Assembly (NCBI RefSeq): GCF_964355755.1
Contig: NC_092673.1
Span: forward strand, 22,627,648-22,691,647
Direction: 5' to 3'
Length of the DNA: 64,000 nucleotides
Source of the DNA: Antedon mediterranea
Lineage: Eukaryota; Animalia; Echinodermata
Each line of letters starts with the position of its first letter. Positions within the stretch are counted from its first letter, which is position 1. Position numbers and translations under genes: made by a program. This document shows, in pieces, positions 1-14,900 of the stretch. The notes beneath the pieces were generated by a model. It searched no databases, was not told the DNA's origin, and saw only the letters and a list, made by a program, of their open reading frames with translations.

Positions 1-38
1 AAAAGGTTATAGTCAAATTGTTTTTAGACGGCACTTAC

Positions 39-3000
39 CAGTACAAAACGCAAGATTTTCACAAGAAGGAAGTGAACAATTCTGTCCAGTATAACCAACA
101 TCACACTGACAAACGTTGGATTCAATACATGTCCCATGGTCAAAACAATCATTTAGTTGTTCACATGAAAATACAGAGCAATTGAAACCTGAATATCCAC
201 TAAAACACCTAGGAAAAAGACCAATCCCATTAATATAGCTATTTAGAAAGTAACGCCTTTTCTGTTTTCAAAGGGACAATAATAATAATAATAATAATAA
301 GATTTTTATAGCGCACATACCACTCCAGAGTGCTCAAGGCGCATTTAAAAATAAAAAAGAAATAAATCATACAAATTCCTGACAAATAAAATGCAATTTC
401 TTTGGAGGGTCCCCATCCGTTGTCGTTCTGTCGCGGTCCCGGACCCCTACCTAGGTGACCAAACAAAGGAGCAGGATACACATTTGCCTTGCCACAGACG
501 ACCGGGTGCTCAGAGACAACAACCAAGACAGAGGCACCCCAAAGATAATGCTGGCCAGGAAAAGGTATACAAAACAATTCTAAGTCTAAACAACTTTAAG
601 AAACCTCATGATTTCCATATGCCTTAATGAATAAATGTGTTTTTAATAATTTTTTAAAAGTATCAACAGTTTTGCAAAATCTTATAGAGCTCGGTAGAGC
701 ATTCCACAGACGAGAAGCAGTAACGGAGAATGCTCTGTCACCCCATGAGTGGTGAGACTTAGGCTGATGTAGAAGCAGCGAGTCACTAGAGCGCAGATTA
801 CGTCCGGGAACATATAGCCTAAGCATGTCAGAAATATATTCAGGAGCCATGCCATTTATAGACTTAAAAACAAAGAGTAATATTTTAAAAACAATGCGGT
901 ACACAACAGGGAGCCAATGCAATATTTCCAAAGTATTTGATATGTGTCCATATCTTGGTAATTTTTTAACAACTCGTGCCGCTGTATTTTGAATCAGTTG
1001 GAGCCTGTGGAGTTGTTTTTGTGGTAGCCCGTATAGCAAAGAGTTTCCCATATCTAGTCGTGAAGTGAAAAAAGCATGAACAAGTTGTTTAGCTGCTGTC
1101 TCATTTATAAACTTACGAATCCTTCGAATGTTTCGCAAGTGAAAAGACGACGCAGAAATAGTTTTTGAGATATGAGAAATCATAGTCATACCCACATCCA
1201 TTTCAACCCCAAGATTTCTAACCTGCCTAGCCGGGTCAATTTGGGTTTCACCAATGTGAATAAAGCTTGGTGGCAGTTTTTCCAACTGCTGTTTTGATCC
1301 AAAGAGAACAAATTCTGTTTTTTCATCATTTAATTTAAGAAAGTTGTTTTTCATCCAGACACGCAATTCATAGATACAATGTTGGAGCAATTCCAAAGAA
1401 ATGTCACTGTGTTTCATAGTAGGTTTAAAAGAAATATAAATCTGAGTATCATCAGAATAAACATGATAGCACAGATGTACTACTGTACATCTGTTTATGT
1501 GATAGAGCTTTAGTATGAGTAAGACACTGTGATTATCATCATAGTAAGTTATAAGCTATAAATAACAGTATTATTTCCAGCTTGACAGGACCAACATACA
1601 GTAGACTGTGGCTGAAGTGTTCTAAAGTTCTAAATACGACACATATAAACGTGGGATGTTTCCAGACATTTGATTGGAGAAAGAGGAAAGTGCTTAAAAA
1701 GACGCAGTTTAGCCAATAGCATTGAGAAACCAAAACCTTTTCCTTAGTTACGACAAACTACTGTTGTTGAACTTACTCGCAAGAAAATGTTCCATTATCC
1801 AAAGAGGCGTCTTCAATACAAACTCCATTCCCATTGCAATTATTCAATTCAATGCAGTCAATTGATTCGGTGCAGTTATCTCCTTGGTACCCCACATAAC
1901 AACTACATTGGTTCGGTCCTGTACATTCCCCCTGATCACTACAATAGTTCATTTCAGAACAATCGGGCAAAGCACAAGATTCGCCAGTCCATCCACTATT
2001 ACACATACAAACGTCGATACTGACGCATATGCCATTACCTGTAAAAAATAAAGGAAATTAGAACAATAATTACATGGACAAATATTGGTTATATTCTTTT
2101 CTAGTTTTTATGTTCTATGATTTTTTGTTGTTTACTTTTAAAATGTTGTTAATTTCGTATAATGCATGAAAATCATCTGTCTATCTGAAATGTTCACGTT
2201 ATTTATTATGACTTATATTATATGCTTTTGATTCATAAAATAAAGATATCCAAAATAATGAAGTCCACAACAAATATTCTTTCACATCAACTGTTCTAGA
2301 CAAAATTGCTAATTCAATTATTCACTTCAGATTTTACCTGAGCATCCGTCAAGGTTGTGACAAGATAACACGTCACAAGCTGAAGATTTCCATTGTTCCT
2401 GACATTCACATACATCAAAGTTAACACAGATTCCGTTACTTGAGCAATCAGAAACTGCATGACACGTTGGAACGATACTACAATCATCACCTGATATACA
2501 GTTATTAATATTATTTAAATTATTTATATATTCAAGTTAAGTGATAGTTACAGCCATACATCCATTATCTTAGATTATTTCTATTAAGTGTAAACAATTT
2601 TGTCTAGGATTGAAGGGTCCTGAACATTTCAGTCAGAATTGGTGACTAAACATATCGGGAATTCAATTGCACATGCGCAGAAGTAGAAGCGGTTGTTACC
2701 AGCGTAAACAGAGTTCAATACTAACTAATAGGAATCTATGTAACATAATAAACTAGAAATGAAAGAATACCATCTTTACCTGTAAACCCTTTCATACATA
2801 AACATACATCCGTTGCAAAGCATTCACCGTGTTGCTCGTCTGTACAGTTATTTACACCATAGCAAGTGGCTAAAAAGATATGTTTAACACTCAATGTCTA
2901 ATTACTACTTAAAACACGAGTCTATAATAACATAAAGTTCATTGAACTAAATAAAATATTACTGACTTTTTATCCTTCAATTAGTACATTAATATACAAT

Positions 3001-5982
3001 TTAAAATCTGTTATATTTGGTTATAATGTAAACAACAAATGCAATACCAATAAAATAAAATAAGTTAATATTGTGTCCCTAAAATAATATATAATAATGT
3101 GTACCTTTGTCTTCACATGTATCGCCTTCCCAGCCAACGTTACATCGACAAAACCCAGATATGCAATCTCCATTCACACAATTCGAGGTGCAGGTTCCTA
3201 AAGAAATTAAATTCAATATTATTGTATAAATGTTAACATGGATTAATGAATTCGGTTTTAAAAACAATTAAATTGATAAAATCCAAGTGCAGATTAGTTT
3301 ACCATTGTTACAACTATTTCCAGACCATCCTGGTAGACATTGACATACACTATCGATGCATACTCCACGACCTGAACACTGCTGTGGACATCCTGAAATG
3401 AACAAATATTGCACAATATACTTTAATAGTCGTATAAATTTTACTTTGTAAAAATCGAATTCGATAAAAATGAAATAATTCCGTTTGGCGTTTCATAAAC
3501 TTCGTGAGAAAATGAAGCTAGCACTTACCTATTTGCAGTGACTGTTGATTTGAGAATGACATATCATTTGTTACAGCGACGTCGTATACACAAGATTGAA
3601 AAAGAACAGCATTTTCTATTGTATTTTGTAGAGTTTGAAGGCATGCAGTCGTTGCCATCTGTTTATTAATTAAAAAAGTAAAATTTTGAATGTATCCGTG
3701 ACGAAACAATGAAAAGACACAAAAATACTGAAAAAAATTCAATTCCACGACATTTTTGTAGACCAGACAACTGCAGTACATAAACGACGAATTACTTTAG
3801 TTGAACATTTCAAACTGGATTGAAAGTTAACAAACTAATAACCTACTGTATTATCCCTGTCTAATTATAGAAACTCCACATAAAGACATTTAGCAATGCT
3901 CTCACATCCAAAGGTTTATAAGGAAATAATAAGAAAATGATATACATACAACTGTTACTAAATAATATAATCAATAAAATGTTTTAGTAATAATATGTAC
4001 TTACCTCTACGATATCTTGATCTAAGTCATCTGAACTGTAGATCGGTTCATATATCCTCGTGTAAGAACTATCCAACTCATCTAATGAATGAAAATTGGA
4101 CGAATTCCACGACCAGGAACCATATAGTCCACCATTAGGATTAGAGCTTGAAATTTTCCCTAGTTTTCGGAAAAAGTTTGTGATACTTGTCAAAAAAAGA
4201 AATGTGTATAAAACTGAAAATTCTCATCAAAATGTTGATGTCCTTTAAACTAAATAAATGATAATTAGAGATAATAATTTCTACTACAGTAAGTCTATTA
4301 TTATATTATATTAAGACTATTCCTGTCTTACATGTTTCAACAAATTCAGTGACATTATTGAGATGGTAGAGGGCGCCATCCGAACCCATAAAATCGTTGT
4401 CCGTGTCATCATCCATAAGACCACAGAGGCTTTCTGTGTTTCCAATAAAGCTGAGTGTAGGTGTTAGTAATAAGTTGAAGTATAGTCTCTCGATCGACTC
4501 ACTAAACTGTACTTCGATGCCTACTGACACACCTTAAAATAAATAACTACTAGTTAGACAACAAACACTAGATAACTATTAATACAACTCTATTGAGACA
4601 ATGTCATTAAAGATTGACAATGTTAAAACTTTAAAGCCGTATTATCATTATTGATAAATAGAAATAAGATTATTTTTAAATCAGTGAAAATGTGATTGTT
4701 TTTTGTTAATATAAACAATTTATTCGTTTTAAAAGTATGAAAATCGTTTCTGGATATGTTTTCTGTCCAATAAACAATGCAACATTCCACTTTAGAAATA
4801 GGGGTGAAAATGTTTTTGCCATCAAATAGTATATTAATTAATAATTTAACAAATACAAACAAATCACCTGATTGGTATTCAAATGCCAAAATCATTATGG
4901 GACTTGACGAGTTACTGCTGTTTCTCAGCTGAACATCTAATAGTACTGTTGAATTTGCCAGTTGGATTTTCTGCTCAGTGTTTATATCCAGTAATTCACC
5001 ATTTAGTCTAGAAATGTTAAACACTTTGTTTAAAGGCTTTAAATTGGAAAATGGTAAGCAAATATGGTGTTTTTTGGTGTTAAAATCAACAACATGGGCC
5101 ATAAGTTAATATTATCACTTTATACTATAATTATTTTCTCATATTCTTTAGGTTTGTACAATATTATAATATCATGTGTACCTACCTTAGAATTGGCAAT
5201 GTTTCATAATCCGCTATCATTGGAGTGGTAATTGTCAAAACATCTTCTTTCAATTTCATGGAAATTCCTCCAGTTAATGAAGATCTGTGGCTTTCATAAA
5301 ATCTTGCTTGTATACCAAAATCATTACCAATGCTTCTGCATAACCAGAACTCGCCATTTCCATAGTAATCGTACTCCACACCTACAAGATATTTATTTGG
5401 AGTGTACTGTGGTAAGAAAGACTTAATATCTTGATTTTTGGTTTAATTTAAAAAAATCTATTTTAATAACTTATTTATTATATTCTGGGAGAACAGAATA
5501 TGAACTCAAATTGTGCATGGTCTTTGTGATTACTTAATAAAACAAAATTTAATCTCGTAAATCATAATTTAATGACAATTCCATTCATAGGGTGCTTTTT
5601 TGTTAATCGTTCTCGTTAGAGAATGCTGATAAAGCGTAATTTGCCAAACAAAAATGACAGAAAAACAGAATCAACCTTAATTTATTTATTTTATCACTCA
5701 TCCAATCATTAAAAAATATATATAAAATTGAGGAAAAAATAGAAAAAAGACAAAAGAAATGAAAAGGAACAACAAATTTAAAGAAACAAAATGAAGATAA
5801 AAAAGAAAAGGAAAAAATTAGTTGAATAAAGTTATTACCGTCTAATGTCACAAGATGAGGATCTCCTCCAGTTCTAGCTGGTCTTCTAATGTCACAGCAT
5901 TCTCCGATCCAAGCTCGATTACACTGACATTGCGATTGACAGCTGTTTGGCACCAAAGTACAGACACCGTTCCCAGAGCAAC
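39..5982 (-). CDS. VWD domain plus tandem EGF array (VWDE-like C-terminal part of the mosaic gene)
   Basis: GGDPHLVTLDGVEYDYYGNGEF ... ESLCGLMDDDTDNDF (VWD), then SCVYDVAVTND, then many CSGRGVC..CQCLPGWSG-type EGF exons. Confidence 0.88.
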
Positions 5983-8900
5983 CTGAACAAAGTAAATAAT
6001 GTATATTGTATCAATACTTATCATGAAATAGTATTTTAGTCAATACTGATTATTAATTAGAGTTTTGATTAGATTGAATTGATTATCGCCTTGGTTAAAT
6101 ATTGTTACCTTGACATGGTCGACAGTCGGGTCTATCACAGTGTTCACCTTGGCGTCCATTTACACATATTGGTGGAATTCCACATTGGTCATCTGGCACA
6201 CATTGACAAAGACAATTGTTGATAACTTGAACTTCACCAGCCAAACATGGCGGACATATGTCATTCATAAGGGGACACGGACAACCGTTTGAACCGATGG
6301 TGTAAGTTTGACAGTCAGAACAGGTACATTCACACGGGCAGCTTCCATCTGGTGCTATGATATCATATGACCCATCAGCACATTGACATGAACACTAAGG
6401 AAAAATTGCAATAATGTTGAATATATTATATTCAATTACATCGTTTATATTCTGAAGTTCCGAATGTTCTACAATATTTAAACTAATTCAAATTATTTAA
6501 AGCATTATTTTTGTATTCTAGAAGATATACTCTGATGAAATGATATGGTACTGTAGCTTTATTTTTAACTCAAATGTTCACATTCTTTTTTTACTAGTGG
6601 TTGCTTGAAATTGACAACTACACGTCATTTTAGAAGATATTGTTTAATATATCATTGATAAGCGTGTATATAGTGTGAAGTGAGTGTTTAGTTCGGCAAA
6701 GAAGATGTAAAATGAACAAACCGGGCATGATCCATCTGGCGACATATTCCTCAGAGTAGCATCAAGACATGTACATGGGCACTCCATTACAGCATTGGTT
6801 TGAGAGACTGTGTAGCCGTCAGGACAATAATTAGGCATTTCAGTAGTTTCTGTGGTAACACTAGGTATTGGTTGGGCTCGGCACTCTCTGTTAAAGAAAA
6901 TAAGTACATTTTAAACCGAGTCCATAGTTGTTAAGTGATATCAGTTAGGAAGTGATATTTGTTGAAAATTGATATCAGTTGGTCAGCTAGCAACAAATCA
7001 TAATAAATATACAGGAGGATGGTAAAGAATCGCACCGTAACGTATGTAAATATTACCTTGTGTGAACCGTTAACTCATTCGTTTTTGATCTGTATGCGAC
7101 TTGGGTTAGATCGACTTGGTTATATGTTGTGAGCATATTCATGTTTGTAAGACCACCATATAATATGTCAGCGTTTGGTATATCACAAGGTAGACTATTA
7201 TCTTGATTACAAACATCATCACACATCAAAATTGTGTAGTTTGTCTGAATATCGAATGTAGTAGAAAATTGAAAAGCTGACGATGTTTCATCTTCTGAAT
7301 TCCAAGCACATCTCGTTTCATTTATTCCGACTAATTCAAGGATTAATAATGTAAGATCAAAGTTTAGTAGAGTAATGAAATGTACAAACTGATTACTACT
7401 ATGGTACTACATTAAAAAAAGAATGATATACTAAAATACTTAACAAGTAAAATTTCAGATACACATTTCAGTATAAAAAAAATTATTTAATAAACTTTAT
7501 TCAATACAGGTATTTCAATTTTCCTACCAAAATTTGCCAGCCAATCAGGCAGGGTAGATTTAGTAGTGCAGAATGGTGCTACAGGTTCAGATGGAAATGT
7601 AAACACTATTGTTGGTGTCAATGTGGCATTCACGGATATTGTATTGTTCTTTTCTTCAAGTTGTGTTGAATACACCGCTCTTGTTGAACTTGTATTTGCA
7701 TTAGCTACCTATAAATAGTACAAAGTGAATGGTGCGTTTTATTTACATTAAAAAGCAAATAATTGTGAGTCTATACAGAACCCCTTAGGAACAATATTTG
7801 CCAACTCATAACAACTTAAACTTCATACACCTTCGATATCATGAAAGAAATGTAACATATAGAACTATCATTTAATTTAACTTGATTATCTAAGTGATTA
7901 AATAATGATACAAACCGTTGGAGGTAGTACAACCAATCTATCCTCCAGTGGTCTGAGACCTGAACCAACGCTTATATATCCACTAGAGGTAACACCAAAA
8001 GTGGTTTCCAACGAAGCCTTAAAGACAAATAGTAAAATACGGTAATGATTTGTGTATTTCTTTATCAACCATTTTAAATAAAATCTTAAATACTAATCAT
8101 ATTTAACGTGTACTGGACTATCATAAACTATAACAATCCAATATAACGATACCTTTTTCTGAAATAGATAAATTATCATTTCTTCATGTTATAATCAATA
8201 TACTTACAGGCAGGTCAACAGATACGGAATACTTGACCTGGATATCAACAGATATAGGAATAGGTACATTTCCCACCGCAACGTAATAAGAACCAATTCT
8301 TCTTTTATCAACAAATTGGTTTTCAGTAACGTAATCAAATCTATAAATAACAATTTAAATTAAACTATTATTATTTCTTAAAAAGTATTTCTTTAAGAGT
8401 TTGTCCCTTTTCCGTCTACTCAATGTACATTAGAGATTGGTAAACCGTTCCAAAAGGCGACAGAGGAAACATTACTGTAATGATGTTTGTTATTATTAGT
8501 AATTTGTACTTGTCTTGCTTTGCTTGAAATATACCTCAATTGTATCGTGATTATTTTGTTATATAGGTAAAATTACACTTACCGATCTCCCGCCTTGATT
8601 TTCATATGAATACCAGCCTCTACACTACCCTCATATACTACATCAAGTTGATTGAATTTTACTACATCATTTTGAAAAGTTAGTCGCAGAGATGGATTGA
8701 ATTTAAAGTCTGGCTTGATTTCATAGGAAATGTTTCCATTCTGAATTTTAAAAATAGCAACATAGTTAAGTATTGATAATATTTACATACCGATGTATAT
8801 GTATTCTATAACCTTTAATAAAAAAACAAACCATTGATTCACTTATATCAATTTGTTGATGGCAATCGATTACGTTCCGAGATCAACCGTTTTGTATTCC

Positions 8901-11900
8901 ACGATCACATAATATGTAGGCTACATTATTAATATAAAAACATTAAAAAAGCGCTTACTTTGTATGTCTGTGGTTCAGTAAAACGTATGTCTATTGGCGA
9001 TTTACGATTTGCAGTAACATTGTTTATGACGTCACCAAACTCCTGATGATCTCGTATGACAAGAAGTTCTATAAACACTAAATTATCTTGAACTTTATAT
9101 TCTGTAACCTATTAAGATAATTGATCCATATTATAAAATGAGATAACTGGGAAGAAAACAATTAATAACAATTTTTGTTTTTTAAGTTTTGTTATTTCAA
9201 AAATATTTATTAATTTCAATAATTGCAAAAAACAGTAAAATATGATTGAGACATTTTAAAGACCAATATTGGGAATCTTGACTGTACCTTGCCGATTAAA
9301 CCACTTGTTTCACGCCCAGTAACTGTGGTGTCGTTGTATATTTGTTCTTTTGTTATTTTTCCATCGATTATGAACAGCCCTTCTGTGTCATATTCACCTC
9401 CACTGCATCCAAGTGTAGCTTTTTCAGAAATAACGGCAGAAGGAGTTGTTGCCAAGCTGCAAGAAATAATTAATGTACTTCTTTCAGATCATTATTATTA
9501 TTACACTACCACATACCAATGTTATTAAAAACATAAAGTAACTAACATGTCTTTCCATGTGGATTTATTACTGCAGTCGACAATCATGGTTTCAATAAAA
9601 GTAGCGTTTTCCTCTTCAACAATGTCGACAACAGATTCGATGAAGTTGCCAATAGAATCCAGAGCGATTATCGTCCCAACAGATATATCGTAGGAACTTG
9701 CTACTTCAAGAGTCAGAACGACGACTGTTGAATGAAGGCTACTTATTTCGGGTACATTTCTACTTCCAAGACATTTATGAAAAGGAACGTCTGTAATTTA
9801 AAAAAAGAAATAAATAACATTAGGCGACGACAAATCAATCAACGATGGCACAATGTGTCTTTTTTATTTTTACAGTTTCCATAAAATACGATTCATGATA
9901 ATACTTTTTAAAATGAAATGACACAAAAAAAACCTGTGAGTATGACAATGTCTTCATTTGGATATGACACTCGATTATTGATGACGTCTGCCAAAAACGA
10001 AGCATCTGGGGTATCACTTGAATCAACCATTGGAGTGATATCTAACAAATCTTGGAAATTTGCATATGCAAATACTTCATCTAATCTCCCTAATCTTGCT
10101 TTAATCATACTGTGTCTCCCTATAATGTAATGTCATAAAGATCATTTTAAAATTTTCTGCAATCGAGCATTACATGAATTAAAAAAAAGAAAATCATTCA
10201 TTGTGAAAGAAAGGAATAGAAAATGTGTAGAGAAAGAGAAGAAGAAGAAGAAGAAGAAGAAGGAGAAGAAGAAGAAGAAGAAGAAGAAGAAAACAAAATC
10301 AAAGACTAGTTTATTGTCTGGAGCGACAGACTGCCAAATAGAGACATAAAAAGTATGATTGTCAATGTCTTGTTAAAGAGTAATTATCAAAAAGGAACTG
10401 AATGAATGAGTGATCAAGAAGGAATGTTCAAAAGTTGAAGTGATTATCAAAACTCGGTTGCCATACACAGAAAGAAGGTATCGAAAATGAAAAATAAGAA
10501 ACATAATCAATTATCATGTTAAATAATATTTTAAATTGAAAAATCTACTTACACAAGTGTTGTACCGATGTTACAGTGTGAAATATGCCCTGTCCTTGAT
10601 TAGACACAAGAACATCAAACGCATCTATGTAATCTAGCCTCTTGTTAGTAATCATCAGAACATTTTCATCTATTCTTACCGGACAATTATAAATAATTGT
10701 AGAATTCGCACCAACGTTTATTAATTTAACTCTGTCGTCAACGTCTATTCTATTCTTCCTTTCTGGGTCAGCATAGTTGGGGTTCACAATATTAGATGGG
10801 CATTTATCTGGAATCCAAACATTACATCCGTACGGCTAAATCGAATATAAAATATTCAGGTTTAGAAAAAAAAAATTATAAGTTTAAATCATGCTATAGA
10901 ATGATGCTAAATATCACGAGAACAGATAGGATGCCAAATGCTTCTATATATGACCTAACTAAGACCAGACCGCTCGTAGAAAATATTAGATCCCGCCAAT
11001 TGAAGTTCCGCGCTTCGAATGCCTGATGACGAACCATGCAAAGGGTACGCTCTGTATGTTCCTCAACATGGGAAAAGAAACCAGGAAGGCAAAGAACTAA
11101 CTTTCTGAGATACATCCAACAGCTTTTAGGGGATGAAGAAGGCATGATTACCTCTGATAACCTGTCAGAGTTAGCCAAGGACTGTTGTGGCTGGAGAAAG
11201 CTTGTAGTCGCCTGCTCCGGAGCCGACTGATGTTGATGGATGAAATCGGTAGATTATAAAGGGTGAAATGTGCTCTGATGAATTAGACAAAACTAGGACA
11301 CATTATTTATTCTAAATGTATGCAAAAAAGTAATAGTGCATTGAATTCGTTAATTAGACAAGTAACAAAACATTGAAAAGAAGTTCTTATAAGGGATAAT
11401 GTCAAAATTAGACTGCTGCTGTTACTGCAGTAAGTTTATGAGGCATTAACTAGAATAAACGTGATCCCCAAAAAGCGTCCTAAATAATTGCATAAACCTA
11501 ATTATACTCACTGTATTAGTAAAACACTGCTTCAAATCTAGACAACTCTGGCATGATCCTGTTGTAGTACTTAATCTTGTAAAGTTGCAGTGTGATCGTT
11601 CACAATCTAATGTCTAAGTTGATTTTGGAGATTATGAATAGATGATGATGTTAAACAATAAATGATATGCTTCGGTTATAAATAGGCCTATTTATTTATT
11701 TTGTAATTTCAAGGCTTTTAACATCGTATAAGTAATTTTTGAAACTCGACGAATTAAATTGTATAGAATGTGTATAGTTTTAAAACAATCTGAATGTGAA
11801 TTAAACGTTTAAAAAAAAAATCTACCTCGATATTGCTGGAGCATGTCCCGGTGGTAAAACAATAGTTGTGAAACCATGCATGACAGGTAACTGCGTCATC

Positions 11901-14900
11901 GGGCCCTGTGCTTGTACCCGGCAGACAGGTACGAGTTGAATCACACCAACCACATCCTTCAACCTTTGCACATGACTTACAATCTTTGAACCTAATACAG
12001 TAACTAGAAGTACATCTTGATCCCTTTAAAAGAAAATTATATCATAATCATAGGCTAACAACTGTCATAGTAATTTTGTAGTAAGTCTGCTGCTTGGGAT
12101 ATATTATACACATGACTGTACAGTATGGAAGTATAAAAGTAGTCCCTACTATATTTTCGTCATGCTCCACGTACTATCATATATATCATCTAGACTACCA
12201 AATATTAAAAAAAAAAAGCTTAAGGTTTTACCTGCCAGCCACTCCTACATCGGCATACATTTGGTCCCTGACAAGTGCCATAGTTTCCGCAACCACCTGA
12301 ACATGTAAACTGAGAACAATCTTTACCTGTCCAGCCTGTGTTACAGAAACAATAACCCCTTCCACATAGCCCGTTACCCATACATTGATTAGGACATCGA
12401 TTCACTAAATTTACAGAAGGAGAGAAAGATTTAAACACAAGAAAAATTTTGCTGAATAATTGCTATTTAGTGGATGGAATATAATGTAAAAAAGGGCCTA
12501 ACCTAGAAATAATTGCGTACAAAGGTTTTTAAGTGGATTTCACTTCTTCATCATGTACTGGATCTGAGAAAAAAAGTCCCGAAAAATCTGAGCCCGCGAA
12601 AGGTCATTTTGGGTCATTATAAGGTCATTTGAGGTCAAAAAATTACAATATCACGTTTTTGGACATAAAATATTTTTCCAACATCGTTTTTACCTTGATA
12701 TTGGTGTCAAAATAAAGCTTATTAAATTTGGAATTCAGTGACATAAACTTTATTGATTACTAGTACATTTTAATATTTATTTAAAGCTAATTAACTATTT
12801 TTTATGCACTTTTTTACAAAAAATTGTTTAAAAAAAAATATTCAATGACATTTTATAGCTCACTAGGAAGCTTAAAATGTTTCAATGTTTTCCTAAAAAT
12901 ATCTTTAGGACTCCAAGACACTAGAGTGAAATTTTCAAAATCATAGCCTCAATAATGAGGAGTTGAGCACTTTTTAAAACTTTGTGATTTGAAATAAATG
13001 TATTTGTATGTATAAACCTTTGGGTTTCCATACCTAATGTTTCTTGAAATAGAGCTTTCTGATTGGCTGTAAGTTTTATGCAGCCTGGAACCAGCATCAC
13101 TAACCGCCAGAAAAAGTTTTTGTCAAGAGTTTTATCATTATTTTGCAGGTTTGTGTTTATGTTCATTATGTTTAGATAAGACAGATAATTAATTGAATAA
13201 TGTAATTATTACCAGATATCTATGACTAGACCTATTACTAGGCCTAGGCTCTGATGGGTACTAGGTCTAGCTGAGCTAAGCCAGGTAGGAAGGGGAGGCC
13301 TCCTAACCTAGCTAGGCCTAGCCTATGCTGGGTAAGGGGTTCTAGGAGCCTGTAGACTTAGGTTGAGGCCTTTGTCTTGTCTGACTAAAAAGGGACCTAC
13401 TTCAATACTCACCTAGGCTTATATAAATATAAAGTGATATTAGGGTATTATACTTTATAAATCATTAACTTGAAAATTAAACATTTAAATCATTTTTTCA
13501 ACTAGGCCTAGGCCTAGTTCATTAAAGTACGGTGACACGTAGGTGCCTTGTACCTTTGTCACTAATGATTTGCTATTACAACTACAGTACTGTAAAACTA
13601 TTATCTGGCTGTTTAAAATGCATTACTGTATTCCTTTATATAATATTTTAAACTATAAATAGGCCTAATATACTTGACTTGTCTACGAACTGACCCAGGT
13701 GGTTAAAAATATAAAACATTTTACAGTTTACTAAATGTACTGTATGCTTTTTTTTCAGTCTCATTATGGAAGCGAGTTCCAGTGGTTTGACAACATGTCC
13801 ATTTTGTCGTGGATATTTTCATGACAAAAATAATGTTGCAACGATCAAATTACAAAAAGGAGTTGACACGATAAATACCATGAGTAAAAACAGAGGGGAT
13901 AGCATCCATGTAACCATAGGACAACAAATACACAAAGATTGTAGAAAGAAATATACTCATCCATCGGAAGTAAGATTTAAGTTTTACATTATATTTTGTT
14001 TAATACAGTTTATAGCAATAACTTATTATGATAAACAGATAAACATGTTTAATCATATTTTGTAAATGATTACTGAATACTACAATCTCCATTACATTAC
14101 AGCTCCCAAAGAAAGAAGGCTCTTCAAGGACTGGCGAGAAGAGGAAAAGTAGGGCGGATAGTAGTGCTTTTATTAGTAGTACTGACTGTGTATTCTGTGG
14201 AACTACAGTTGATGCCAACAGATCTGAATTTAGCTATGTGAAAACTTCTGGAGTTGTTAAATCAATTAAAGAAATCATTACAAATGTTCGGAAATTTGAC
14301 ACATGGTCATTGGCTGTCAATGCTCGGATAGAATTTTATGGAAGTGATCTTCATGCTGCTGATGCTATCTACCATCGCCAATGCTATAGAAATTTTCAAT
14401 CTGGTCTGGCCATTCCTGTTCGATTCCAATCATCTACTGGAGAACCGGCAAAGCGAAAAAGATCTGGAAAGCCAATAGATGAAGGTCAAGCACAAGCATT
14501 TTCTCAAGTATGTTCTTTCCTTGAAAGTAATGATGAAGAACAGTTAACGATATCAAACTTAAAAGGTATGAACATATATTCACAATCTTACTTAGAGTTT
14601 AACTATTAATATATTGTAAAAAAGGAAGTTAAAGGTGGCTGCCGCAGCCGGAGTGCCCATCTCTCTTTCTTTAACGTTTGGGCCAGACTGTACAATGCAA
14701 CTCCTCCCGCACAAAGAGTCTGTTTACCTTCCTAGCAAGCGCTGGTCCATTTATACACCTGGATGAAGAGGGACAAACGTTGATAAAGTTCCTTGTTTAA
14801 GGAAACACCCCAAGTGCCAAATCCCAACCTCACGATCAAGAGACCGTCTCCCTACTCGCTGCGCCACCTGACTTCCACTTGTATACAATATGCAAACAGA

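Noticed and set aside
8840-8925. Possible extra exon
   Set aside because: It has an in-frame stop and lies only ~36 nt from the previous donor; the flanking exons already join in phase.
12220-12438. Separate teneurin/tenascin/VWDE gene starting after the Academ element
   Set aside because: No start codon or signal peptide; the exon begins at a phase-1 acceptor matching the phase-1 donor at 17436.
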